Assembly (NCBI GenBank): GCA_038727135.1
Contig: JAVYWL010000002.1
Coordinates: forward strand, 192,001 to 256,000
Reading direction: 5' to 3'
DNA: 64,000 nt
DNA from: Candidatus Bathyarchaeia archaeon
Lineage (GTDB): Archaea > Thermoproteota > Bathyarchaeia > Bathyarchaeales > Bathycorpusculaceae
The notes under the pieces are model-generated. The model had not been told where the DNA came from and did not search any database. It saw nothing but the letters and a program-made list of their open reading frames with translations. This document shows, one piece after another, positions 48,007-57,482 of this stretch. A program made the translations under genes and the position numbers. How positions within the stretch are numbered: the stretch's first letter is position 1; every line of letters starts with the position of its first letter.

Positions 48007-49140
48007 TTATTGGAGTGTTGGCGGGATGAAAACCCTAAGCCTGTTCAAGGCGTTGAGCTTTTCTTTGTCGCCCAGTTTTGCATCTTCAATAGCCCTTCTT
48101 AGGATTTGTATGGATTCATCCATGGCTTTTCTGTCCACTGGGTAGGGGACGCCGTCTTTTCCGCCATAGGCGAAGGAGTATTTCACAGGGTCTTTCCAGC
48201 TTGGCTTTTCGCCGTAAATCAGTTCTGCTATTAGGGCTAAGCCGCGGACTGTTGCGGCGCCAACGCCCTTAAAGCCTAAAAGCTCTTCGTAGTTTCTTGG
48301 TTTGAACTCGTAGACTTGTTGTAGGGCTTTCCAGTTTATGTTGGCTGGCATGGATAAAACGTCTATTGTGTAGTCTGCCCATTGGGTTTGGGCTGTTTTT
48401 GGCAGCCACTCTTCGAGGGATTTCTGGTAGGCTGGGCGTATAGACATTATCAGGCGCATAAGCTTCTTGGGTGGCTCGCATGCAAGGTCCACTGAGGCTT
48501 TTCTGCAGCCTTCGCTTTCTTTTGCCGTCATGTCTAGGGCTATTTCGCGTTTTGCATCGCCTACTATGGCATTGTGAGGTTCCACCACAAAGTTTTTGAT
48601 GTTTTCTGAAAGCCAGTGGTAGCGTCTTGCTGTTCGGTCTTGGGGGCACATGCCCTGCTGTATAACTGCCCATCGCCCATCCTCGTCTACGAAGAAGGCG
48701 TGGTGGTAGAGCTGGTAGCCAGCTTGAATGGCTGTGTTGTCAACTTTTGCGCTCATCCGACTGGCGTACTGTAGGCTTCCTATCTTATTTTCTGAAAAAC
48801 CAAACTTTTCACCCACTAACCCAATTTCAAGAGGCGTCTGCCTAGAAAATTTTCCTTTTCCGCCGCAGACCGCCACACCATGCTCTTCTGGAATTACTGC
48901 TTGCTTCAAAACTCCAGTGACGACTGTTGTTACGCCTGATGAGTGCCAGTCATAACCCAAAACACAGCCTAAAGCCTGAAACCAGAAGGGGTCTGATAGG
49001 CGTTTCAGAAACTCGCCGGTCCCATACTCGTCTATGATTATAGTTACTATTTCTTTGGCTAGTTTTCGCATGCGGACAACTAGCCATTTTGGAGCCTTAC
49101 CATAGTGGAGGGGGAGCTTAGCAACACCTGTTCTTTGCAT
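48007..49140 (-). CDS. DUF763 family protein
   Basis: LPLHYGKAP.WL, DWHSSGVTT, KVDN, QQGM, GGKDGVPYPV. Confidence 0.88.
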   Translation of the reverse strand: MQRTGVAKLPLHYGKAPKWLVVRMRKLAKEIVTIIIDEYGTGEFLKRLSDPFWFQALGCVLGYDWHSSGVTTVVTGVLKQAVIPEEHGVAVCGGKGKFSRQTPLEIGLVGEKFGFSENKIGSLQYASRMSAKVDNTAIQAGYQLYHHAFFVDEDGRWAVIQQGMCPQDRTARRYHWLSENIKNFVVEPHNAIVGDAKREIALDMTAKESEGCRKASVDLACEPPKKLMRLIMSIRPAYQKSLEEWLPKTAQTQWADYTIDVLSMPANINWKALQQVYEFKPRNYEELLGFKGVGAATVRGLALIAELIYGEKPSWKDPVKYSFAYGGKDGVPYPVDRKAMDESIQILRRAIEDAKLGDKEKLNALNRLRVFIPPTLQ

Positions 49141-49199
49141 TTAGCCTCTAAACCAATAAAACGCTATAGTTTTAGCCCTATTTTTACCTTGCCAAAATG

Positions 49200-49234
49200 T
49201 CAATTTTGCTGCTGGCGACGAACTGCAAAATTGA
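49200..49234. repeat. 10-bp perfect inverted repeat TCAATTTTGC-N15-GCAAAATTGA
   Basis: Between the sipW 3' end and the DUF763 start. Confidence 0.5.
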
Positions 49235-49296
49235 TAGCCCCTCTATAGAATTTTAGCGAAAAAGTCACATTTGTGCTTCCTAAAAGCCACAAAACA

Positions 49297-49848
49297 CTAC
49301 CCTCTATAGTTTTTGGTCGAATGGTTATGGTTTGTTTTTGCTTGATGTTTCTTTGCGGTTTTTATGATGTTACGGATTTCTATTGCTATTATTAAGGTTG
49401 CCGGGATTATTATTAATAGTGTGAAGCCTATTGGGGTTCTTACAAAATAGCCTAGATATCCTATGTAAGGGATTATGGCTATTACCTTTCCTATGACGTC
49501 TTGTTTTTTGACTATCCATGTGTCTGGGTCTTCGTTGGCGTCCCCTTTTGTTATGAAGCCTTGGCTTGTTATGCCTATTATTCTGTGGGTTACCGTTGTG
49601 GGATGTTCTGTTTCAACTTTGAAGCATATTATGTCGCCTACCTTCAAGGTTTCTGGGTTGGCTGGTTTTATGACGACTATGCTTCCGACCGGGATGGTGG
49701 GCTCCATGCTTCCTGTATGGACAGGTTCGTAGAGGGTGTCACCCCAGAGCGAGACAGGTCTGTAGAAGACTAGGAAGATTATGAGGAATGTGGCTATGAG
49801 GGCGTATATGGCTATTTTTAGGATTTTCCTAATTTTTGGGTTTAGCAT
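49297..49848 (-). CDS. sipW: Signal peptidase I, SipW/Sec11 type
   Basis: TGSMEP, VGDII, VTHR, TKGDAN..D, IPYIG, flanking TMs. Confidence 0.88.
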   Translation of the reverse strand: MLNPKIRKILKIAIYALIATFLIIFLVFYRPVSLWGDTLYEPVHTGSMEPTIPVGSIVVIKPANPETLKVGDIICFKVETEHPTTVTHRIIGITSQGFITKGDANEDPDTWIVKKQDVIGKVIAIIPYIGYLGYFVRTPIGFTLLIIIPATLIIAIEIRNIIKTAKKHQAKTNHNHSTKNYRG

Positions 49849-50408
49849 TTCATACCATCATGAGTTGGTGGAAAGCGCACTGTTATAGCTATGTAGGCTG
49901 TTACTGTTAGTCCTTGATATTCGTTTCCGGCTGTGGCGGGCATCCATACGCTGATCTGTAGTGTGACGCTGTCTTTTGGTGGAACAGCCCTCTTGCCATA
50001 AACTTTTATACCTTCTGCTAAATTGCTTAGGGTTCCGTTGTAGAGGAGGTTTGGTTTTTCTCGTCTACCTTTTCCAAGCTCTAAAATTTCTATTTGCAGT
50101 CCATCGGCTAGATGGGTGTCTCCTTCAAAAGTGGCATTGAGCATGCAAATTCGGAAGGGCAAATCTCCAACATTAATCAGTCTTAAATATTTTGTGACCT
50201 TTGGGCGTCCAGGGTAGAAGTGACCGTCCACATCTGGATGGAAAAGGGGAACTTTTGGCGAGATCTCCATGTCAAATTTAATTTTCTTCCCGAAATAAAT
50301 TGTGCAAGCTGACGCTGTAGGATCATCAGAAGCTAAATTTAGGCTTATGAATAACAAAAGGATTGTCAATAATATCAGTACGGCTTTTTTCTTATACACT
50401 TTAATCAA
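49842..50408 (-). CDS. Secreted TasA-related accessory protein
   Basis: Signal peptide, FYPG...L..N.G, LYNGTLSNL, WMP..AGNEYQG (TasA/camelysin-like C-terminus). Confidence 0.6.
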   Translation of the reverse strand: MIKVYKKKAVLILLTILLLFISLNLASDDPTASACTIYFGKKIKFDMEISPKVPLFHPDVDGHFYPGRPKVTKYLRLINVGDLPFRICMLNATFEGDTHLADGLQIEILELGKGRREKPNLLYNGTLSNLAEGIKVYGKRAVPPKDSVTLQISVWMPATAGNEYQGLTVTAYIAITVRFPPTHDGMKC

Positions 50409-50488
50409 TCTCCTTAGAGGGTTTTAATAAAAAATGGGGATTTTAGGCTGGTTGCAGCGGTGCAGTCTGACTTGTTATTTTTGCTCTT

Positions 50489-51091
50489 TTATGGGTTTTG
50501 AGATAGTAGAAATGTGAATGTGATGCTGAGGGTATCTGTCTGTGCTTGGTTGTCAACACCACCGTGTGCCCACCAGTTATAGATTTCTACGACAAAGTCA
50601 ACACCGCCATTAGCCTCAATTGGTTCGTTGATATCCATAAAGCTTGTTGGAAGATCTGTTATGAGCCCTTCAAAGATCTTTTTATCTCCAGTGCTAAACC
50701 AGCCGCTGTGATCGTAGTCAAGGAACAGTATTAAGTAGAGCACGTCGTCCAGTTCGCCTGTGTCAGCGCTGGTATCTCCCGCCTCTATTTCCGGCTCTGT
50801 GAGACCATTTTCTTCGCTGACAACTACGATGTTACTTATGTCTAGATAGCCCATTATAGTGCCAATGTTTTTGAGCGTTAATGAATAAAGTGGCTGATTT
50901 CCAGGTCTTAGATTGTTCCAAGTGAAGGTTACTGGCACTCCGTTATGGTCGTTTATTGTCAAGTCAAGTGAACCCGCACTGAATGTTGTTATGGTTGTTT
51001 CCGTGTCGCTGAATTGGGAGTATGTTCCCCAGCCGACTGCCAAGGCTACTAGTCCGATTGCCAGTATTCCAACCAATATTTTCCTGTTCAT
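50489..51091 (-). CDS. TasA/camelysin-family protein with SipW-class signal peptide (copy 2)
   Basis: K-rich start, hydrophobic core, GTYSQFSDTE...FSAGSLDL, NLRPG, KNIG, DNQAQTD. Confidence 0.85.
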   Translation of the reverse strand: MNRKILVGILAIGLVALAVGWGTYSQFSDTETTITTFSAGSLDLTINDHNGVPVTFTWNNLRPGNQPLYSLTLKNIGTIMGYLDISNIVVVSEENGLTEPEIEAGDTSADTGELDDVLYLILFLDYDHSGWFSTGDKKIFEGLITDLPTSFMDINEPIEANGGVDFVVEIYNWWAHGGVDNQAQTDTLSITFTFLLSQNP

Positions 51092-51130
51092 TTTTTATTC
51101 TTCCTCCTCCTTTTTACGGGAGAAGGGAGG

Positions 51131-51685
51131 CTAAGCCTGTGTCAGAAGGAACGTTATCGTAAAGCCAACAACATCGCTCTGTATAACATCGTCCACAGAC
51201 TCGTCAATACTGTAATTAACTGTGAATGTAACTGAAGCGCCAGCATTCAACGGATAGTTGGCTAAGCCTCCGCTCAAGACGCCATTGGCATATCCCTCGT
51301 AAACTACAGTTCCATCAACGGTGATTTTCAAGTATAGATTTTCAGCAAGCTCCCCATCAGGTTCCGTGTCGTCAAGCACAAGTTCTGGCTCCGTCAGCCC
51401 ATTCTCATTGTCAACAAGGTCGCTAAATGATATGGAGAGTTTGCCATTAACAGACCCGATGTTCTTTATAACCACGCTTTCGCTACCGCTGCATCCGGGC
51501 AGCAGGTTCGCTAGATCAATCTTCCAGCTTACTGGGTCATCGTCGCCGACCTTCAAGTTCAATGTTCCAGCAGTAAAAGTCGCCGTAGTCGTTTCCGTGT
51601 CGCTAAACTGGCTATAGGTTCCCCAGCCGAGAGCAAAGCCAACAAGCCCAATAATGAATAGGCTTACCAATATTTTCTTGTCCAT
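51131..51685 (-). CDS. TasA/camelysin-family protein with SipW-class signal peptide (copy 1)
   Basis: MDKKIL...GTYSQFSDTE...FTAGTLNL, NLLPG, KNIGS, IQSD; GAGGTGA RBS. Confidence 0.85.
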   Translation of the reverse strand: MDKKILVSLFIIGLVGFALGWGTYSQFSDTETTTATFTAGTLNLKVGDDDPVSWKIDLANLLPGCSGSESVVIKNIGSVNGKLSISFSDLVDNENGLTEPELVLDDTEPDGELAENLYLKITVDGTVVYEGYANGVLSGGLANYPLNAGASVTFTVNYSIDESVDDVIQSDVVGFTITFLLTQA

Positions 51686-51735
51686 TTCCGCATCACCTCT
51701 CCCTTCTCCTCTTTTTCGGGGACCTATCATCGCGA

Positions 51736-51830
51736 GACGCTTTAACGGGGGCTAATCCCCATTTTAGTCCCCCGGACGCCAGCACATTTAACGTGCCCCA
51801 GCGTCAAGGCACGGGTTAGGCCGGCCTAAC
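51736..51830 (-). promoter_or_regulatory. GC-rich structured 5' leader of the tasA operon (candidate cis-regulatory RNA)
   Basis: Multiple stems with mutually exclusive pairings; TTATAT on the minus strand at about 51869-51874. Confidence 0.5.
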
Positions 51831-51927
51831 CACATAGACTATTCTAAACACCAATAGCCTAACCAAAAATATAATGGAAAAAGTAATTTGAAATAAGCGT
51901 TACGAAGATTTTTTCTAGAAAATTCCT

Positions 51928-53046
51928 CTAGTCATACAAGCGTTTCCTATCGTTACATATGTGTTTGCTGCAGACCAGAAATGGAATAGTCAACAAAATG
52001 AATATTCCAAGTAGCATGAAATAGCCAAAATAATTCTCCTCGGCGATAAGAAGAACTGTGGGCACGAGATTGACTATTCTTCCAAGCATTAAGCCCACCT
52101 CCATTAGAACTAGGATGCTTGCATAATGTTCTCGACTGAAGGAGTTTCCATAGTGGGCGAACCATGAAATGGTAAAGGCGCTTGCCAAACCAGACAAGGC
52201 GGATAAAAGCACTATCTGCTGTGGTGCGGTGGCATGCCCTATTAGGAAAAACCATACAGCGTTTAGCACAACGCCTATCACGGCGAATTCAACACGTCTC
52301 ATCTTGACGTCTGAAAGCCAGTTAACCAGAAAAGTTATGGCGGAAACCACAAGGCTTGTTAAGGCTAGGACAAAACCCATCCTGGAAGTTGTTTCAGAAA
52401 TCCTATTAATGAAAAGGGGATAAGCCAACCAATAGGCCTCGGACATACCAAAAATTATGAAAGTTATGAAGAAAATGGAGATTCTACGCCCCCTTGGGAT
52501 TAACAAACCATGAGCCTCACGTCTAAACTTCACTCGCGTAAAAAAGATTAAAGCAGCAAAATAAAGAGCCACACACAAGCCCAGAAGAATTGGAAAACCA
52601 AAATTTTCTATGATTAAGCCGCCAACCGCTGGACCGGCAATGCTAGCAATTGATGGAATTATTATGGAGAATAGACTTACTGAACGTGCCCTGACGGTGG
52701 ACTCGCTTAACCTAAACTGTAGGAGATTGAAGCTTGGCCAAAAAGTGGCTATGCCCAACCCATAAGTGACGCCCAAAACCACCGGATTTTTAACATAAAT
52801 TAGAAGTATGTAGAAAACCATTGTGAAGAGCACGCCGAAGCATATCACTCGCTCAAAATTTCTAACAAACCTAAGCAGAGTTATGGGTAAAAGCCCAATT
52901 ATCGTGAAGGTGACCAGTAGCAAAACCGCTATTTGGATAATGCTCAGTCCAAGTGTCACGTAGTAGACTGGCAGGAACATGCTTGTCATGTTGCTGGAAA
53001 AGAAGTATATGAAGGAAGCAACCCCAAGATTTTCAAAATCTCCCAT
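51928..53046 (-). CDS. MFS transporter
   Basis: About 12 TM, GPAVGG, WLSD...RR. Confidence 0.8.
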   Translation of the reverse strand: MGDFENLGVASFIYFFSSNMTSMFLPVYYVTLGLSIIQIAVLLLVTFTIIGLLPITLLRFVRNFERVICFGVLFTMVFYILLIYVKNPVVLGVTYGLGIATFWPSFNLLQFRLSESTVRARSVSLFSIIIPSIASIAGPAVGGLIIENFGFPILLGLCVALYFAALIFFTRVKFRREAHGLLIPRGRRISIFFITFIIFGMSEAYWLAYPLFINRISETTSRMGFVLALTSLVVSAITFLVNWLSDVKMRRVEFAVIGVVLNAVWFFLIGHATAPQQIVLLSALSGLASAFTISWFAHYGNSFSREHYASILVLMEVGLMLGRIVNLVPTVLLIAEENYFGYFMLLGIFILLTIPFLVCSKHICNDRKRLYD

Positions 53047-53075
53047 ATGACTTGAAGCACTCTCATCGTTTGAAC

Positions 53076-53588
53076 CTATTCAAGCAGCTTACTATACCAA
53101 ATGTAGGTTTGGCTCTGCTTGAAACCAAGCTTCTCCATGAAACGCATACCAGCCAAATTCGTGCCCTCCACGTCAACTATGGCTATTCGGGCACCCTTCT
53201 CCTTGAAACGTTTTTCCAACTCGCGGTAAAGCCTCCTTCCAACGCCCTGCCGACGCCGCATACGCTTAACACCAGCCCAAACAAAATAGCCATAAGTCCA
53301 AGGACTAAAAGGACGCCTCAAAATAGTGCCAAGGGCAAAACCAACAATCCTCTTTGAGGCAACATCCTCAGCCACAAGGCATAGTTCCGGATCCGCCTGA
53401 AAAAGAGAAAGCAGCTCATTAACATTCCAAGTGCGGTAAGTGAACTGCAACTGCGAAGGCGTAAAAATCTTTTCGCTTAAGCGCCAGACCTCTGGCAGAT
53501 CTTCCAAAGTCATCTGCCTAATCTCAATTTCAACACGTCTTTTCTCGGCACGTCTACGCTTATGCTTTGAAACTGATTTTTTAGCCAA
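53076..53588 (-). CDS. GNAT family N-acetyltransferase
   Basis: IVGF, RRQGVG..L, N..G..F.EKLGF; TTG start inferred. Confidence 0.88.
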   Translation of the reverse strand: MAKKSVSKHKRRRAEKRRVEIEIRQMTLEDLPEVWRLSEKIFTPSQLQFTYRTWNVNELLSLFQADPELCLVAEDVASKRIVGFALGTILRRPFSPWTYGYFVWAGVKRMRRRQGVGRRLYRELEKRFKEKGARIAIVDVEGTNLAGMRFMEKLGFKQSQTYIWYSKLLE

Positions 53589-53796
53589 CCTCGCCCCTTC
53601 AAAGCCATAATTTGTATGGAATAGGCAATATAAAACATTCCAAAATTCTATGGATTTCAGCCTACACATGCCAACATTGCTCGGATAATCTAGCAAAATT
53701 GAAATTCACCCAAAATTTCGGAGTAAAATTATGTTATGTTGTAAAAAGAAAAACTAATCTTAAAGGACGATAGCTAACTTCTTGGATGGGCGTGCA

Positions 53797-54024
53797 ATGG
53801 AAGATAAGCTTACAAACTTCAAAGCCAAATACAAACGCTTTTTAAAGGATGGAAGTGGAGACCCCTTAGCCCTAAAAGCAGAGGCAGAAAAACTTCTAAC
53901 TGAAATAAAGGCTAGGGGCAACCAAAACCTTGCAAAAGAGCTTGAAGAGATCCTAATAGACTTAACCTTCGCAGTTGAGGAGACAAAATGCCACTGTCAC
54001 ATGGCGAGCCGCTGCAGATGCTAA
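53797..54024 (+). CDS. Small hypothetical protein with Cys/His-rich C-terminus
   Basis: Helical body ending KCHCHMASRCRC. Confidence 0.6.
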   Translation: MEDKLTNFKAKYKRFLKDGSGDPLALKAEAEKLLTEIKARGNQNLAKELEEILIDLTFAVEETKCHCHMASRCRC

Positions 54025-54049
54025 AAAGGTAAAAGAGGAAGAAGAGATT

Positions 54050-55615
54050 CTACAAAGTTTCTCTTAAGATTTCGAGGATGTCTCTGACGGCTACTTTTTC
54101 TTCCACTTCCAAAACTTTTATGGCGTCTTCAAGGGTTGTCACGCAGAAGGGACAAGCCACAGCTATAACCTCAGCACCAAGCTCCAAAGCCTCTTTAACA
54201 CGGTTTACGCATGGTCTCTTTTCCGGTTCGGCTTCCTCTGTCCAGACTCTTCCAGCTCCGCCGCCGCAGCAGAAGCTGGCTTCCCTTGTTCGCTTCATTT
54301 CGATAAGCTCTAAACCTTTTATTGATTGTAGAATTTGCCTTGGCTCTTCGTAGATATGGTTTCGCTTGCCCAAGAAGCATGGGTCGTGGTAGGCAACCCG
54401 CTTGTTATAAGGTTTTGTGGGTTTAAGTTTGCCCTTTTCTAGGGCTTCAGCCAAAAACTGCGTGTAGTGCTGAACGTTTAGCGCCAAATCCTTGTAGGGC
54501 TTGTCGTTTTTGAAGGTGTTGTAGCAGTGGGGCGAAACCGTAACAATGCCGTCTGCATTAAACTTCTGGAACACCGCCACATTATGTTCTGCAAGCATTT
54601 CAAACAAACCCTTCTCGCCCATGCGCAGTATGTGGTCTCCACAACACCACTCCTCTTCGCCTAAAGTGGCATAATCAACGCCAAGCCTGTCAAAAATTGT
54701 TGCCATCGTTCTGGCTATTTCCCTGTTCCTAACGTCATAGGCGGTTGAACAGCACGCAAAAAATATAACAGCAGCCCTTGTAACATTTGGATATGTTTTA
54801 ACGGTTAAACCTTCAGCCCAAGCCATCCGTCTACTTTGATGAGTTCCCATTGGATTGTGATATTTCATAACGCTTTCAAGAACATCTTTAACTGTTCTTG
54901 GGATGGCTCCCATTTCTACCAAGAGACTGCGGTCCTCAACCACAGAATTTGCACAATTAACAAGCTTTGGACAGAAAAGCGTGCAAGAATTGCATGAGGT
55001 GCAGAGCCAAACATTATCCGCCATGGGCTTAAGCCTTTCATCCAAGCCCTCATCCCGCGAATCGGCAATAAACCTATAATTGGCTGTCAAAGCCGAAGGT
55101 CCAAGAAACCTTTCATCTATGGCTGCTGGACAAGCAGAATAGCAAATTGAACACTTTGTGCAAAGTGTCAAATCCCAGTACTTTTTAAGGTCTTCAGGCG
55201 ACTGTGTAAACTCTACGGGCTTTTTGAAGGCTTCCGCCGGCTTGATGAGCACTGTTTTGATTTTTCTGAAGTTTTGGAAGAAGGGCTGTATGTCAACCAC
55301 CAAATCCTTAATGACTGGAAGATTTGACAGAGGCTCGATGGTTACCGTGTCGGCGTTTAAGTCTAAAACCTGCGTGTAACATGCCAGCATCGGCTTGCCA
55401 TTAACATTTACTGCGCAGCTTCCGCAGATTCCCATTCTACATGAGTGCCTAAAAGTAAGGGTCTCATCAAAATTCTCCTTAATATAGTTAAGCACATCTA
55501 GGATAGTTGTTCCACGGCGAATTGGCACCTTAAACGTGGAAATGTAACTCCTATTCGTGTCTGAGTCGTATCTGCGAATTCTGAATTCAACAACCTTAAC
55601 AACCTCACCATTCAT
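54050..55615 (-). CDS. SdhB/FrdB iron-sulfur subunit fused to two CCG domains (TfrB-like)
   Basis: SCRMGICGSC, CTKCSICYSACP, CTSCNSCTLFCP, then WCCG..SPHC and YHDPC..FCCGGG..ACPFC. Confidence 0.88.
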   Translation of the reverse strand: MNGEVVKVVEFRIRRYDSDTNRSYISTFKVPIRRGTTILDVLNYIKENFDETLTFRHSCRMGICGSCAVNVNGKPMLACYTQVLDLNADTVTIEPLSNLPVIKDLVVDIQPFFQNFRKIKTVLIKPAEAFKKPVEFTQSPEDLKKYWDLTLCTKCSICYSACPAAIDERFLGPSALTANYRFIADSRDEGLDERLKPMADNVWLCTSCNSCTLFCPKLVNCANSVVEDRSLLVEMGAIPRTVKDVLESVMKYHNPMGTHQSRRMAWAEGLTVKTYPNVTRAAVIFFACCSTAYDVRNREIARTMATIFDRLGVDYATLGEEEWCCGDHILRMGEKGLFEMLAEHNVAVFQKFNADGIVTVSPHCYNTFKNDKPYKDLALNVQHYTQFLAEALEKGKLKPTKPYNKRVAYHDPCFLGKRNHIYEEPRQILQSIKGLELIEMKRTREASFCCGGGAGRVWTEEAEPEKRPCVNRVKEALELGAEVIAVACPFCVTTLEDAIKVLEVEEKVAVRDILEILRETL

Positions 55616-55628
55616 GTACACTTCCCTC

Positions 55629-57341
55629 CTAATACTTTCTGGCGGCAGGCTGCCACTTCGTAATCGTAACTGGAATGTAGTCAAGTCTTGGTCCATCCAC
55701 GGTATAATATGCCAGTGTGTGGACAAGCCACTTCTCGTCGTCGCGGTTTGGATAGTCAAGCCTTGAGTGAGCGCCCCGTGACTCGGTTCTCGCCAACGCG
55801 CTTATAATTGTGACTTCAGCCAAGTCCAACATAAAGTCAAGCTGGAGGGCAGCTGTTAACCCCGTGTTGAAGGTTTTGCCCTTATCCTCAACCTTTATGT
55901 GTTTAAAGCGCTCCTTAAGCGCTCTAATCTCTTTTAAGGCGCCTTTCAGTTCCTCGCCTGTTCTGAAAATCCAAACTTTAGTGTTCATAAGCCTCCTCAT
56001 CTCATCCCTCAATTGTGGGACTCTCTCGCTGCCTTCGCTTCCAAGGATTCCATCGAAAACCCGCTTCTCTTCGGCTAAAGCCTTCCCCTCTGGAAATTCG
56101 TGGAAACTGGCAGACATGGCGTACTTTGCCGCTTCTTCCCCGGCGACGGCTCCAAAAACTAGGCATTCAGCCGTCGAGTTTGTTCCAAGCCTGTTGGCGC
56201 CATGAAGGCTTAAACATGAGCACTCGCCAGCAGCATACAAACCCCTAATTGGCGTCTCGGTTCTTATGTTGGCTCTAATCCCGCCCATAGAATAGTGGGC
56301 TGCCGGACGAATCGGTATAGGCTCCTTAACGGGGTCAACCCCGGCAAGCTTTATGGCGACATCTCTTATGAGCGGTAGCCTCTCGTTAATCTTCTCCTCG
56401 CCTAAGTGTCTAAGGTCCAAAGCAATGTATGGTCCATAAGGGCCTTGGAAGGCTCTCCCTTCGAGGATTTCTGTTTGCTCAGCCCTTGAAACCACGTCGC
56501 GGGGAGCCAACTCCATCTTTTCCGGGGCATAGCGCTTCATGAAGCGCTCTCCAAGGGCATTATATAGGTAGCCGCCCTCGCCCCGCGCGCCTTCGGTGAT
56601 CAGCACGCCCGACGGCACCAAGCCTGTTGGGTGGAACTGGACAAACTCCATATCTTCAAGAGGCGCGCCAGCCCGATAAGCCATCGCCATGCCGTCGCCC
56701 GTTGTTGTGTGGGAGAAGGTAGTAAACTCGTAAATGCGCTCGTGTCCGCCAGTAGCCATCACAACAGCCTTAGCCTTAAAGGCATGCATCTCTCCTGTTT
56801 TCAACTCTATGGCTGTTAAGCCCACTACGGCATCATCTTCAACTATTAGCGAAGTGGCAAACCACTCGTCATAAAACTTAACATTGTCGTAGGTTGTGGC
56901 TTTCCCATACAGCGTGTGCATCTCGTGAAAACCAGTCATGTCAGCCGCGAAGCAAGCCCTTGGATACGTATGTCCGCCAAAGGGGCGCTGGTCTATTTTC
57001 CCATCCGGTGTGCGGCTCCATGGACAACCCCAATGCTCCATCAAAATGATTTCTTTGGGGGCTTGCCTAACAAAGAATCCCACAACATCCTGATCCGCTA
57101 GGTAATCAGCACCCTTCACGGTGTCAAAGGCGTGCAGGTCGAAAGAGTCCTTTTCCCGCATGACAGCGGCTGTTCCACCCTGCGCACAAACAGAATGCGA
57201 CCGTAACGGGTGAAGCTTTGAAATAACCGCTATGTCCAGCTTGTTGCTGAACTCTGCGGCTGCAACGGCAGCCCTCAAACCAGCCAAGCCCGCGCCAACA
57301 ATAACTATATCATGGGTGTGCTTCTCCATTAACGATACCAT
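55629..57341 (-). CDS. sdhA: Succinate dehydrogenase/fumarate reductase flavoprotein
   Basis: [46 protein letters not shown]. Confidence 0.92.
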   Translation of the reverse strand: MVSLMEKHTHDIVIVGAGLAGLRAAVAAAEFSNKLDIAVISKLHPLRSHSVCAQGGTAAVMREKDSFDLHAFDTVKGADYLADQDVVGFFVRQAPKEIILMEHWGCPWSRTPDGKIDQRPFGGHTYPRACFAADMTGFHEMHTLYGKATTYDNVKFYDEWFATSLIVEDDAVVGLTAIELKTGEMHAFKAKAVVMATGGHERIYEFTTFSHTTTGDGMAMAYRAGAPLEDMEFVQFHPTGLVPSGVLITEGARGEGGYLYNALGERFMKRYAPEKMELAPRDVVSRAEQTEILEGRAFQGPYGPYIALDLRHLGEEKINERLPLIRDVAIKLAGVDPVKEPIPIRPAAHYSMGGIRANIRTETPIRGLYAAGECSCLSLHGANRLGTNSTAECLVFGAVAGEEAAKYAMSASFHEFPEGKALAEEKRVFDGILGSEGSERVPQLRDEMRRLMNTKVWIFRTGEELKGALKEIRALKERFKHIKVEDKGKTFNTGLTAALQLDFMLDLAEVTIISALARTESRGAHSRLDYPNRDDEKWLVHTLAYYTVDGPRLDYIPVTITKWQPAARKY

Positions 57342-57482
57342 CCAAACTTAAGGAATAGGAATACCCTAGTTTAATCTTCTAGCCTTTATATTTTTCCAGA
57401 GCAAACCCAAATGTTTAAACTTATTTTAAGGCGAAGCCAATAAACTGTTAAAAGCCACTCTTGGCTAGTTAAAGGGCGGGAA

